Below are positions 1 through 7,967 of a stretch of DNA of 64,000 bases, piece after piece. The notes beneath the pieces were generated by a model. That model had not been told where the DNA came from, did not search any database, and saw only the letters and a program-made list of their open reading frames with translations. Position 1 is the stretch's first letter. Every line of letters starts with the position of its first letter. Source of the stretch: a virus; IMG/VR virus record IMGVR_UViG_3300048014_000353, positions 64,001-128,000 of that record. One strand, written 5' to 3'. Position numbers and translations under genes: made by a program.

Positions 1-352
1 CGCGCGTGCCGTTGGCGCCTCTCCAACCGACCAGGCGCCCGTCGCCCTCACCACTTTCCCATGCGACCTGCGCGCCGCCGGCCTCACGCGACCACTCGCG
101 AATCTGCGCGCTTCCCGGCACGGCCTCCGACGATAGGTAGTCAGCGAGTGCCGCCACGTACTCGCGCCAGCCCTCGGCGCGATCCTCGTCGGCACCGTCC
201 AGGCAAAACTCGAGCAGCGACGCTGCCGTCTGCGCACCCGAGCGGAGTTGCGCGAGATCGTCGAGCGGGAATGCACCCGTCTCGTCGATGTTCGCCTGCG
301 CGGCCTGGGAGAACCGGAGGGTCCGACCGTCGGACATTGCGTAGCCGCTCAC
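1..352 (-). CDS. Hypothetical protein, 3' end runs off the window start
   Basis: GTG at 352 overlaps the stop of 349..735 (GTGA); frame is open to position 1 (MSGYAMSDGRTLRFSQAAQANIDETGAFPLDDL...); absent from the ORF track because it has no stop in the window. Confidence 0.6.
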   Translation of the reverse strand, partial: MSGYAMSDGRTLRFSQAAQANIDETGAFPLDDLAQLRSGAQTAASLLEFCLDGADEDRAEGWREYVAALADYLSSEAVPGSAQIREWSREAGGAQVAWESGEGDGRLVGWRGANGTR

Positions 353-735
353 GACTGAACCTCGCGCTGTACCAAGCGCACGACGCGCGCAATCGCCCCC
401 AGAGGGACCCGCACGTGCTCGTACGGCAGATCGACGCCACCCTCGCGCCGGAGACCCGCCGAAGCTTGCGTACCATCGTTGTATCGGCGAACGGTCTCAG
501 TCGGCTCACTCACCACGCGACCATCGTCGTCGACGTACGCAATTACATCGCGGCCACCCCACAAGGGTCCTAGCTCAACAATCGCCTCGCGCATCCACAC
601 GGTCGTGCGTGCCCGCGTCACCGAGCGATGCGCGCCGCATTCGCAGTACTGGAGGTCCGCCAGCGTACGCACCGCGACATGCGCATGCACACCAGACCTC
701 ACTTCCCGAGCCGCGTCACAAGTCGAAAACGCCAT
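349..735 (-). CDS. Hypothetical phage protein
   Basis: GAGGAGG RBS upstream of ATG, promoter just upstream, coupled to the next gene. Confidence 0.65.
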   Translation of the reverse strand: MAFSTCDAAREVRSGVHAHVAVRTLADLQYCECGAHRSVTRARTTVWMREAIVELGPLWGGRDVIAYVDDDGRVVSEPTETVRRYNDGTQASAGLRREGGVDLPYEHVRVPLGAIARVVRLVQREVQS

Positions 736-774
736 CCCCGCATCCTCCTCGCCAGCGCCTTGCTGACCAGAATC

Positions 775-803
775 AATCTAGCATGCGGTACATACCGCGC
801 AAG
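775..803 (-). promoter_or_regulatory. Sigma70-like promoter TTGCGC-16-TAGATT with palindromic operator GCGGTA-CA-TACCGC
   Basis: 19-bp sequence gcggtacataccgcgcaag (785-803) repeated exactly at 1402-1420 with the same -35/-10 geometry. Confidence 0.65.
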
Positions 804-868
804 CCCTGTCGTCTGTTTTCTTCAAAAAAAGGTGCGGCATCCTGGCGGTGGTGAATCGTTCGCGCGCT

Positions 869-1081
869 TTAGGTGGACCCCGAGACCGCCGGCCGCCCCA
901 TTTTGCAGCCGTCGCACCGACCGAACTTCGGCCCATGGTCCTCGCACCAGCCACTGACGCGCCGGTACTTGGCGACGCAGACGTCGCACACCCCGAACCG
1001 TGACGTCGTGACCGTCCCGCAGTCGTGGCAGCGACGCTCGATGCGCGCCCCGGGCAAGTCTGCGCCTCCCATCGTCTTCAC
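869..1081 (-). CDS. Small Cys-rich putative zinc-binding protein
   Basis: GTG start overlaps the upstream stop; CHDC, CDVC, CEDH and CDGC motifs in 70 aa. Confidence 0.6.
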   Translation of the reverse strand: MKTMGGADLPGARIERRCHDCGTVTTSRFGVCDVCVAKYRRVSGWCEDHGPKFGRCDGCKMGRPAVSGST

Positions 1082-1344
1082 GCCGCCATCTCGAACGGAG
1101 AGACCGTGCGCGGAATGAGCGCGTAGACGGTCCACTTGGCCGAGTGCTCCTCGATCTCCGCGAACTCGAGCGCCATGCGTTCGGTGAGGGCGCCCACGTC
1201 GGCGTCCGCCTTCCGCCCCTCGGCGTTCTTCGCGTCGCTCTTGCCGAGCGCCTCGGCATACGACCGAACGTACGCCGCCCGCGCCTCCACCACCGTCCGC
1301 GCCGCCAATTTCCAGTTCCCAATCGCGTCCTGAAGAGTGCTCAT
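1078..1344 (-). CDS. Hypothetical helical protein
   Basis: GGGGAG RBS before ATG (MSTLQDAIGNWKL...), first gene behind the 1392-1420 promoter. Confidence 0.7.
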   Translation of the reverse strand: MSTLQDAIGNWKLAARTVVEARAAYVRSYAEALGKSDAKNAEGRKADADVGALTERMALEFAEIEEHSAKWTVYALIPRTVSPFEMAA

Positions 1345-1391
1345 CGTCGGTTCTCCCCGTGGGCCCCCGGAAGGGCCAGTGTCTAAGAGAT

Positions 1392-1420
1392 AGGATAGCG
1401 CGCGGTACATACCGCGCAAG
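1392..1420 (-). promoter_or_regulatory. Sigma70-like promoter TTGCGC-16-TATCCT with the same palindromic operator
   Basis: Exact 19-bp repeat of 785-803; the palindrome arms extend to GCGCGGTA/TACCGCGC. Confidence 0.65.
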
Positions 1421-1682
1421 GGCGAGAGCATCCAAAATCGAAAATATCTGCGAAGTCACTCAACCGATCGATCCCACTGACAAATTCGCCGGTTTTGGCC
1501 TCGTGCGCGACGATGCTGGAAGATCGTGGAGCGTTTCTCCCTCCCGAGGGTGTGGGCGGGCGCTCGCTGGTCGTGCGCCTCGCCCTGGACGGATTGTCTG
1601 CCAGGCGTCAAGCGCTTGAGCGGAACCCGTCGGGGTGGCCGGCAACCGCAGCAGGCGGACCGCATCGCGCGGTCGTAAGCAC

Positions 1683-1892
1683 ATGAATCCTTTGCGCCGG
1701 CAAGTCGACTTCTCCACCATCCGTGTCTTCGACACGACCTTGGCGGAGTCGTCTCACGTGGACGCGCTCCAGCGACTGGGGCGCACGATGGGCAAAGCCC
1801 TCGTCCTTCTCGACAAGAAGGTCCACGAGGCCGGGACCGCCATCGACCGCGAGCTCCACCTCGCCTCCCGGCCCCCCAAGCCGCAGCTCTGA
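1683..1892 (+). CDS. Hypothetical protein
   Basis: ATG start, high GC3, TGATG coupling to the next gene. Confidence 0.55.
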   Translation: MNPLRRQVDFSTIRVFDTTLAESSHVDALQRLGRTMGKALVLLDKKVHEAGTAIDRELHLASRPPKPQL

Positions 1893-2212
1893 TGCGCGTC
1901 CCCTGCGACATGCAGATCGAGAGCCTCGCGACCGCCCTCGTCAACGAGCGGGAAGCGAGCCGCTGGGCGATCCAGATGCAGGCCGAGCACATCGCCCGCA
2001 TCGAGGCCGAGCTCGACGCCGAGATCGGCGCCCGCGCCGCCGCCGAACGGCGAGCCGCCGCCCTGCAGGACGTGGTCGATGCGCTCCGCCCCCCGGCGGC
2101 CCCCTCGCCCCCGCTTCCGCCCCCGAGCGCGCCCGTCGTCACGCACGGCGGCCCTCGCTGCACCAAGCCGTCGCTCGCCAAGGTCTACCCCAGCCCCGGC
2201 CACACGATCTGA
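1892..2212 (+). CDS. Hypothetical coiled-coil protein
   Basis: Heptad-like EAEL/AAAE run, coupled start. Confidence 0.65.
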   Translation: MRVPCDMQIESLATALVNEREASRWAIQMQAEHIARIEAELDAEIGARAAAERRAAALQDVVDALRPPAAPSPPLPPPSAPVVTHGGPRCTKPSLAKVYPSPGHTI

Positions 2213-2219
2213 CCCCCCG

Positions 2220-2420
2220 ATGAAGCTCGCCCAGTACCGGTTCCTCTCGCGCGTCCTCCGAGGCGAACGCCTCCCGGTCACGCGCTTCTTCAACGCCAGC
2301 ATCGCGGCCAGCGTCGCACGCGGCGATCTCCACGCGCACCACGGCCGATGGGCCGCGACCGAAGCCGGTACGCTCCGCTTCCTCGACCAGAAGCCGAAGA
2401 CCAAGCCGGCCGCCTCGTGA
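2220..2420 (+). CDS. Hypothetical protein
   Basis: MKLAQYRFLSRV..., high GC3, stop overlaps the next GTG. Confidence 0.55.
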   Translation: MKLAQYRFLSRVLRGERLPVTRFFNASIAASVARGDLHAHHGRWAATEAGTLRFLDQKPKTKPAAS

Positions 2421-2724
2421 CTCTTTACGCGGTCGAGCGGACGGAGATGGACGGGTGGTTCGCCTGGGCCGGAGAGGTCGCCGCCGTTCGGCGCGCCGGA
2501 CGCTCCACGCCACCGCCGCTGACGCCGGCCTGCAGTTCTCAGCCGTTCACCTTTGCCACTGCGGCATGGGTCTGGCGCGCTTCCGCGGTGTTCCTTCCGA
2601 GGCCCCGTGGGTCTGCGCGACGGTCCTCCGTGGCGCGACCTCCGCCCCCGGACACCTCCGAAACGTTGCGGCCGTCCACGTGCCGCACGAGCAACCCGGC
2701 ATCTCGACCCGCCTCCCCGCATGA
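2417..2724 (+). pseudogene. Possible frameshifted hypothetical gene
   Basis: Coupled GTG start in one frame and coupled stop (ATGA with 2721) in another; codon bias appears to switch frame near 2490-2500. Confidence 0.3.
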
Positions 2725-2987
2725 ACCCCGACTTCCCCTTCCCCCCGCCGCCCCCCTCGGCGTTTCCGACCTGGAAGCTCCCCGACGTGCTCGAGCTCCT
2801 CGCGCTCGCGCGCGACACGGGCGCCTCGCCGGGCCAGCTCCACGAGGCGATCGTGACGCTCGTTCGGGAGAACCCTGGCACCGAGCCCGCGCAGTACCTG
2901 CTCTGCCTGCGGCTCGGAGCGATGACCGCTCTCGCGGAGAAGCGCCGCGCCGAAGACGCCATCGCTAGGGGGCAGTCCGCAGAATGA
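2721..2987 (+). CDS. Hypothetical protein
   Basis: MNPDFPFPPPPP..., ATGA coupling, good GC3. Confidence 0.55.
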   Translation: MNPDFPFPPPPPSAFPTWKLPDVLELLALARDTGASPGQLHEAIVTLVRENPGTEPAQYLLCLRLGAMTALAEKRRAEDAIARGQSAE

Positions 2988-3031
2988 CCGCGATGCCCGT
3001 AAGTCATTGATCCTGCGTTTACTGCTCGCCA

Positions 3032-3052
3032 AAAGCAGTGTCACTGTACTTT
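3032..3052. promoter_or_regulatory. Palindrome aaag-CAGTG-t-CACTG-ta-cttt in the convergent intergenic region downstream of the ParB gene
   Basis: Inverted repeat in an AT-richer gap; shares the CACTGT half-site with the 4553-4582 and 5287-5316 elements. Confidence 0.35.
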
Positions 3053-3129
3053 CGTTCACGACACAACGAAACGCGCGAGACCCGTTCGGATCTCGCACGT
3101 CGAACTGTCGTCGGATGTAGGCGCAGGCC

Positions 3130-3978
3130 TTAGGCTGCGCGCGTCGCGCCGGCCGCGAGGAGCTCGAGGCGGAGTGCCTTCAAGGCCTTCTCCATCATCT
3201 CAAGCTTCTGCGCGAGGACGCCGTTTCGGCCGTCGGTCGTCTGCGCGAGCGCGGCGATCTCCGCCCGGGTGAGCCCACGGCCGATGCGCTCTGCCAGTCC
3301 CTCGATTCGCGCAAGCGCGTCGAGCGCGCGGTCCCGGCTCTCCCCGTCGTCCTTCGGGACAGCGAAGAGATCGACTTGAGCCTCGGCGTCAAGGTGCGCT
3401 TGCACCGTGCGCCGAAGTTCCGCGTACGAGCGGCACTTGCCCGCGCCGATGGCGTCGAAGACAAGGCGCTGTCGGAGCGGCGGGAGTTTCGCCATCTCGA
3501 ACGCCTGCGACGGCGTGAGGATGCCGCGGGCGAGCGCGTCCTGGTACTCTGGAGTCAACTTCAAGAGAGCCGTCCTTTCTGTGACACGCCAGACCTGCTT
3601 CAGGCCGAGCCGCTGAGCGAGTTCCTCGGGGGTGAGCCCCGCGTCGAGGCGACGCTGGAACGCGCGCGCCTCCTCGAGCGGGGTGATGTCCTTGCGTTGC
3701 AGGTTCTCGACGATGGCCGCGTCGGCCATGTCGTCGTCCGTCATCTCGACAACCTCGGCCCGGATGGTCTCGGCGCCGAACACCTGGTGCGCGCGCCACC
3801 GTCGCTCGCCGCAGACAATTTCGTAGCCGTCCCCGGACGGACGGACCTTGATCGCCTGGAGAAGGCCTCTGGCCTGGATGCTTGCTGCGAGCTCCTCGAG
3901 TTCGGCCCGCGGGAAGATCTTCCTCGGCTGATGGGGGTTCGGGCGCACCATGCCCATCGGCAGTTCCCGAAGCGTCAC
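3130..3978 (-). CDS. parB: ParB/Spo0J-family protein (ParB-N plus HTH)
   Basis: PNPHQPRKIF, LAASIQARGLLQAIKVR, IVCGERRWRA, IVENLQRKDITPLEEA, then HTH LTPEELAQRLG. Confidence 0.9.
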   Translation of the reverse strand: MTLRELPMGMVRPNPHQPRKIFPRAELEELAASIQARGLLQAIKVRPSGDGYEIVCGERRWRAHQVFGAETIRAEVVEMTDDDMADAAIVENLQRKDITPLEEARAFQRRLDAGLTPEELAQRLGLKQVWRVTERTALLKLTPEYQDALARGILTPSQAFEMAKLPPLRQRLVFDAIGAGKCRSYAELRRTVQAHLDAEAQVDLFAVPKDDGESRDRALDALARIEGLAERIGRGLTRAEIAALAQTTDGRNGVLAQKLEMMEKALKALRLELLAAGATRAA

Positions 3979-4295
3979 GACGCCACCTCGTACTCTTCGC
4001 CCTTCACCGGGTCGAAGAAGTCGGCGATGCGCTCGGCGTCTGCCTCGAGCGCGTCCAGCCGGGCCCGCGCCTCCCGCGCGCTCGCCGCGATGCCACGGTA
4101 CGCCCGTGCGCGGCTCACCTCGGTCGCAAGACCGACCTGCGGTGTGCTCCCGAGGCGCGCTGCCTGGAGTTCGGCGTCCCGGAGCAATCGGAGTACGCCC
4201 TGAAGTTTCTTCGGAAACGATTCGTTCACGTCGGACCTCGCTTGCGAGAACTCCGTGGAGTTCGTGTGGGTGGATGGGAAACGAGGGTCACTCAC
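3975..4295 (-). CDS. Hypothetical protein
   Basis: GTG overlapping the upstream stop; its stop overlaps the parB ATG. Confidence 0.6.
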   Translation of the reverse strand: MSDPRFPSTHTNSTEFSQARSDVNESFPKKLQGVLRLLRDAELQAARLGSTPQVGLATEVSRARAYRGIAASAREARARLDALEADAERIADFFDPVKGEEYEVAS

Positions 4296-4546
4296 CACTG
4301 GGCGAGTTCGTTCTCGAGGAAGACGCGGCGCCCGCCGCGATCGTGCGCGATGAGGTAGACCCACGAGCCGGCCTGCAGCGTGGTCTTCCCATCCGGGTGC
4401 TTATCGCCGGCCCCGCGCCACTGCCCGTCCCCGATGAGGTGGCCCAGGTAGCGGACCGGCCCTACGGTCCTGCGGACCATGTCACCGCCGCCGAACTTTG
4501 CTTTCGTGATGGTCTTCGTGGCGGCGTTGGCTGCGCTGCTGTTCAT
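4292..4546 (-). CDS. Hypothetical protein, probably on a leaderless mRNA
   Basis: ATG lies 7 nt downstream of the -10 box TAGGTT; coupled to the next gene. Confidence 0.6.
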   Translation of the reverse strand: MNSSAANAATKTITKAKFGGGDMVRRTVGPVRYLGHLIGDGQWRGAGDKHPDGKTTLQAGSWVYLIAHDRGGRRVFLENELAQW

Positions 4547-4552
4547 ACGTAT

Positions 4553-4582
4553 AACCTAGCACAATGAAGACAGTGTGCACGA
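4553..4582 (-). promoter_or_regulatory. Promoter TCGTGC-18-TAGGTT with imperfect CACAAT/ACAGTG inverted repeat
   Basis: 12-bp gacagtgtgcac shared with 5303-5314, same spacing. Confidence 0.55.
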
Positions 4583-4779
4583 GATAGGCGCACGCGTATT
4601 CGAAGTTTTTTCTCTCGCGGTTTCAGCAGCCTGCGCGCAGGGTCCCCCTTGCGCGGGTGGGGCAGCACCACCGACCGCTCCAAATAACCACGGGCCCTCG
4701 CGCCTCTTGCCGCCGAGCGCATCGGAACGGCGAAGGGGACGCGAGGGCCCGTGGAAGCCCGGATACCGCGCTTTCGGGC

Positions 4780-5247
4780 TCAACCCGTAAAGAGCGTGCC
4801 TTGGCGTTTGATGTCGAGGGAGCCGGGCGCGGGCGGCTTGGAGATGTCGATCTCCTCGCCGAGCAGCGGTTGCTTGTCCTTGCCGAACGTCAACTCGCCC
4901 ACCTTGACCTGAAGGTGGCGCTCGAACCACGCCGCCACGAGGCGGCGATGGCACCAGTTTTTACCGCCACCGGGTTCGTCGAACGGCGGGATCTCGTAGC
5001 AGAGCAGCACGGGCTCGGCGCCCGCCGCCAGCGTGTGGAGCTCATCCCAGACCGTCTTCGGGTCGAGCGGCCCCAAGATCTCCTTGGCGAAGAGTTCCTC
5101 GTAGCGCGTGCGCGCGACGCTGTTGAACCAGGAGCCAGGCGCGAGCGCCTTGAACTGCCGGTAGCCGGCGGGTGTCCCCCGCGGCGCGAACCGCGCGATC
5201 GAGATGCGCCCCGGCCCCTTGTACGTACGGAATGACCCCGTTTTCAT
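4780..5247 (-). CDS. DUF488-like protein
   Basis: RISIARFAP, LAPGSW, VLLCYE...CHRRLVAAW motifs typical of the DUF488 family. Confidence 0.7.
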   Translation of the reverse strand: MKTGSFRTYKGPGRISIARFAPRGTPAGYRQFKALAPGSWFNSVARTRYEELFAKEILGPLDPKTVWDELHTLAAGAEPVLLCYEIPPFDEPGGGKNWCHRRLVAAWFERHLQVKVGELTFGKDKQPLLGEEIDISKPPAPGSLDIKRQGTLFTG

Positions 5248-5286
5248 CGTCTTGTCCCTTCGGGTGGATGGTGAGTGGCATTGACT

Positions 5287-5316
5287 AATGTAGCACTGTA
5301 CAGACAGTGTGCACAA
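5287..5316 (-). promoter_or_regulatory. Promoter TTGTGC-18-TACATT with palindrome CACTGT-acag-ACAGTG, in the divergent region
   Basis: AT-rich gap between divergent genes; matches the 4553-4582 element. Confidence 0.6.
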
Positions 5317-5338
5317 GAATTAGACGATCGCGAGCCGA

Positions 5339-6691
5339 ATGTTCGTAGGCGCCATCCCCATCGAGTGCATCGAGCAACTCGCGGCCGTGATGCCGGTCGA
5401 GTCGTGGCGCCTGGTCTACTCGTGCTGCTCCGGAAGCTTCCGTGCTGACGAAGCGCTCGGGTCACGCTTCCCGATGCTCAGCATCACGTCGAACGACGTG
5501 GCCCTGCTGTCGTGCGCGATCGGCAAGCTGGCGGTCGGAGATGAACTCCCGCTCACGTTCAAGGAGCGCCTCGCGTTCGCCGAGGACGCGATTGGCGGCG
5601 CAAAGGCCGACCCGATGGACCGCGTCGCGGCCGTGATGGTCGCCTTCGCGATGAGCAAGTTCAAGGGGAACAATCTCTTCGCGCAAAAGCACTTCGCGCA
5701 CTACCAAGAGCACTTCGCGCACTACGTTGCGGGTGCCCGAGAGCGCCTCGAGAAGCGTCTCAGTTCGATTCGGATTACTGGCTTCAACGCCTGCGACTTC
5801 CGGGAGCACGCCAAAGAAGGCATCGCGCGCGGCGCGGCCATCGTCGCCTTTCCACCCACGTACAAGCGTGGCTACGAGGCGATGTACAAATTCCTCGAGC
5901 AGAACGTCAACTGGACCCCGCCCACCTACGACCTCTGGGACCCGGAGCTTCTGCCGGAGTGGGTCACGAGCCTCGACGAGGCCGGTGCCAAGTACGCCAT
6001 CTGGGCCGACCACCTCCTGCCGGGGCGCGAGCCAGTCGCGGGCTTCTTCTCCAGCACCAACAAGCCCGTCTACCTGTACGGGTCGAGCACGCAGGCGAGC
6101 GTGCGCCGCAAGGTGCATCCGGTCGAGGCCTTCCGCTACGTCGCGGTCACCCCGGAGCAGGTGAAGAAAGACGCCACAGTGTCCGTCGTGCGCGCGACCA
6201 GCGCGCAGATGAACTTCCTGAAGGACCACTACCTCGCCAAGGGGATCGCGCACATCTCGGGGCAGTTCAACTTCCTCGTGCTGCTCTCCGGGCGTCTCGT
6301 CGGCGGGTTCATCCTCGCCCGCGACAAGTTCGGTCACGGCGACTCCGCGTACCTCCTGAGCGACTTCTCGATCGTTCGAGAGAACCGACTCTCCAAGCTC
6401 GTCGCGATGATGGCCACGTCTAGGCCGGTCATCGACATCGTCGAGCGGGCTCTCTTCCAGCGAATCCGCAAGATCTCCACGACGGCATTCACCGACAAGC
6501 CGGTGAGCATGAAGTACCGCTGGATCTTCACCCTCGTGGGTCGCAAAGAGAAGCATCTGAATTACGAAAGCGCCGTGAGGCCTGGTGACTACCAAAGCAT
6601 CTACCGGGAGTGGTTCCGAAAGTACGCCCAAGCCGGCGACCCCGGGGGTCGAGCCGCTCCGGGTGGAGCCGCGCAAGGTTCGCCTTCGTGA
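5339..6691 (+). CDS. Putative divergent DNA adenine methyltransferase with a C-terminal GNAT/Mom-like region
   Basis: Motif I-like YSCCSGSF, SNDV, motif IV-like FPPTY; C-terminal YLLSDF...LSKLVAM...TTAFTDKPVSMKYR; sits upstream of a ParB-like gene and terminase. Confidence 0.6.
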   Translation: MFVGAIPIECIEQLAAVMPVESWRLVYSCCSGSFRADEALGSRFPMLSITSNDVALLSCAIGKLAVGDELPLTFKERLAFAEDAIGGAKADPMDRVAAVMVAFAMSKFKGNNLFAQKHFAHYQEHFAHYVAGARERLEKRLSSIRITGFNACDFREHAKEGIARGAAIVAFPPTYKRGYEAMYKFLEQNVNWTPPTYDLWDPELLPEWVTSLDEAGAKYAIWADHLLPGREPVAGFFSSTNKPVYLYGSSTQASVRRKVHPVEAFRYVAVTPEQVKKDATVSVVRATSAQMNFLKDHYLAKGIAHISGQFNFLVLLSGRLVGGFILARDKFGHGDSAYLLSDFSIVRENRLSKLVAMMATSRPVIDIVERALFQRIRKISTTAFTDKPVSMKYRWIFTLVGRKEKHLNYESAVRPGDYQSIYREWFRKYAQAGDPGGRAAPGGAAQGSPS

Positions 6692-7376
6692 TCTGACTCT
6701 CCTCGAGAAGGAGAAGAACCCCCGGTACATGACCGGGCCGCAGTTCAAGCAGCTTACGAGCAACCTCGAAGCCGACGGTGCCATGACGAGCACCCCGACC
6801 GTCCACAAGGGCATCGTCCTCTCCGGAAACCACCGGGTCGAGGCCGCGCTCAAGGCCGGCATCGAGGAGGGGTGGGTGCTCGAGATCCTGAACGAGGATC
6901 TGCCCGACGATCGAAAGATGGCCATCCAGCTTTCGCACAATGCGATCACTGGCCAGGACGACCCCAACCTACTCGCCGACTTCTACAAGAACCTCGACTT
7001 TAGTTGGGCGAAGTACTCCGGCCTGACCGACGACGTTCTCAAAGCAGCGACCAAGCTCGAGAGCGTGTCACTGACAGTCGGCCCCCCCGAGTACACGGAA
7101 CTGATGATGGCGTTCCTACCCGAGGATGCCGACCGGTTCCTGGCCCACATCGACAAGGTGGCCAAGCACGCGGGACGCCGCCACGTGATGGCGGCGCGCT
7201 TCGCCGACTTCGACAAGGCGTTCGACGCGATTGTGCGCGTCAAACAGCTCAAAAACATTCAGAACATCGCCGTCACGTTCGCCACTCTCGTTGAGATGGC
7301 GCTGGAGCGCATCGAGCAGCTCGAAGCCGAACGGGACGCCGAAGGGGAGGCCGCAGTCTCGGCCCCCGTCCCGTAG
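6585..7376 (+). CDS. ParB/Srx N-terminal domain protein
   Basis: KNPRYM...LTSNLEADG...VLSGNHRVEAA; start uncertain, overlaps the methyltransferase 3' end. Confidence 0.75.
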   Translation: MTTKASTGSGSESTPKPATPGVEPLRVEPRKVRLRDLTLLEKEKNPRYMTGPQFKQLTSNLEADGAMTSTPTVHKGIVLSGNHRVEAALKAGIEEGWVLEILNEDLPDDRKMAIQLSHNAITGQDDPNLLADFYKNLDFSWAKYSGLTDDVLKAATKLESVSLTVGPPEYTELMMAFLPEDADRFLAHIDKVAKHAGRRHVMAARFADFDKAFDAIVRVKQLKNIQNIAVTFATLVEMALERIEQLEAERDAEGEAAVSAPVP

Positions 7377-7391
7377 TGCGGTAGGTTTCCG

Positions 7392-7967
7392 ATGTCTCCC
7401 AACGACAATGAAGGCGGGACGCCTTCCCCCGAGATCGCGCCCGTCGTCCCCTCCATCATCGGAGGCGATGGGCCTCCGGGTGGAAGCGCGCCGCCACCCA
7501 CCAAGCGCCGGAGTCCCAACCCCAAGGGGCGAAAGCCGCGCTTCACGATCGCGCAGGTCGAAGAGGCGCTGCGGCACGGCGGCGGACTCTACACGTACGC
7601 CGCGCGCATCCTACACTGCGCGCCGAACACGATCGCGAACTACGTCAACCGGAGCGAGCGTCTTCAGGACGTCCTCTCGGAGTTGAACGTGACGATGCTG
7701 GACCTGGCCGAGGCCAACCTCTTCAAGCACATCGTCGATTCGAACCTGACCGCGCTCATCTTCTATCTGAAGTGCAAGGGGAAGCTGCGGGGCTACGTCG
7801 AGCGTCAAGAGGTCTCCGGCCCTGCCGGCGCGCCGATCGGAGTTCAACTCACCGACGGCGAAGTGGCGAAAATGAGCGACGAGGACATCCTCAGCCGTAT
7901 CGAACAGATCGGGCAGAAGAGTGGGTCCGGAGGAGCAACTTCTTCGTCTAGAGCTCGAAAGGCGTAG
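7392..7967 (+). CDS. Probable terminase small subunit (HTH)
   Basis: HTH-like EEALRHGGGLYTYAARILHC...; AEANL...ALIFYLKCKGK.RGYVERQEV; directly before TerL. Confidence 0.7.
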   Translation: MSPNDNEGGTPSPEIAPVVPSIIGGDGPPGGSAPPPTKRRSPNPKGRKPRFTIAQVEEALRHGGGLYTYAARILHCAPNTIANYVNRSERLQDVLSELNVTMLDLAEANLFKHIVDSNLTALIFYLKCKGKLRGYVERQEVSGPAGAPIGVQLTDGEVAKMSDEDILSRIEQIGQKSGSGGATSSSRARKA

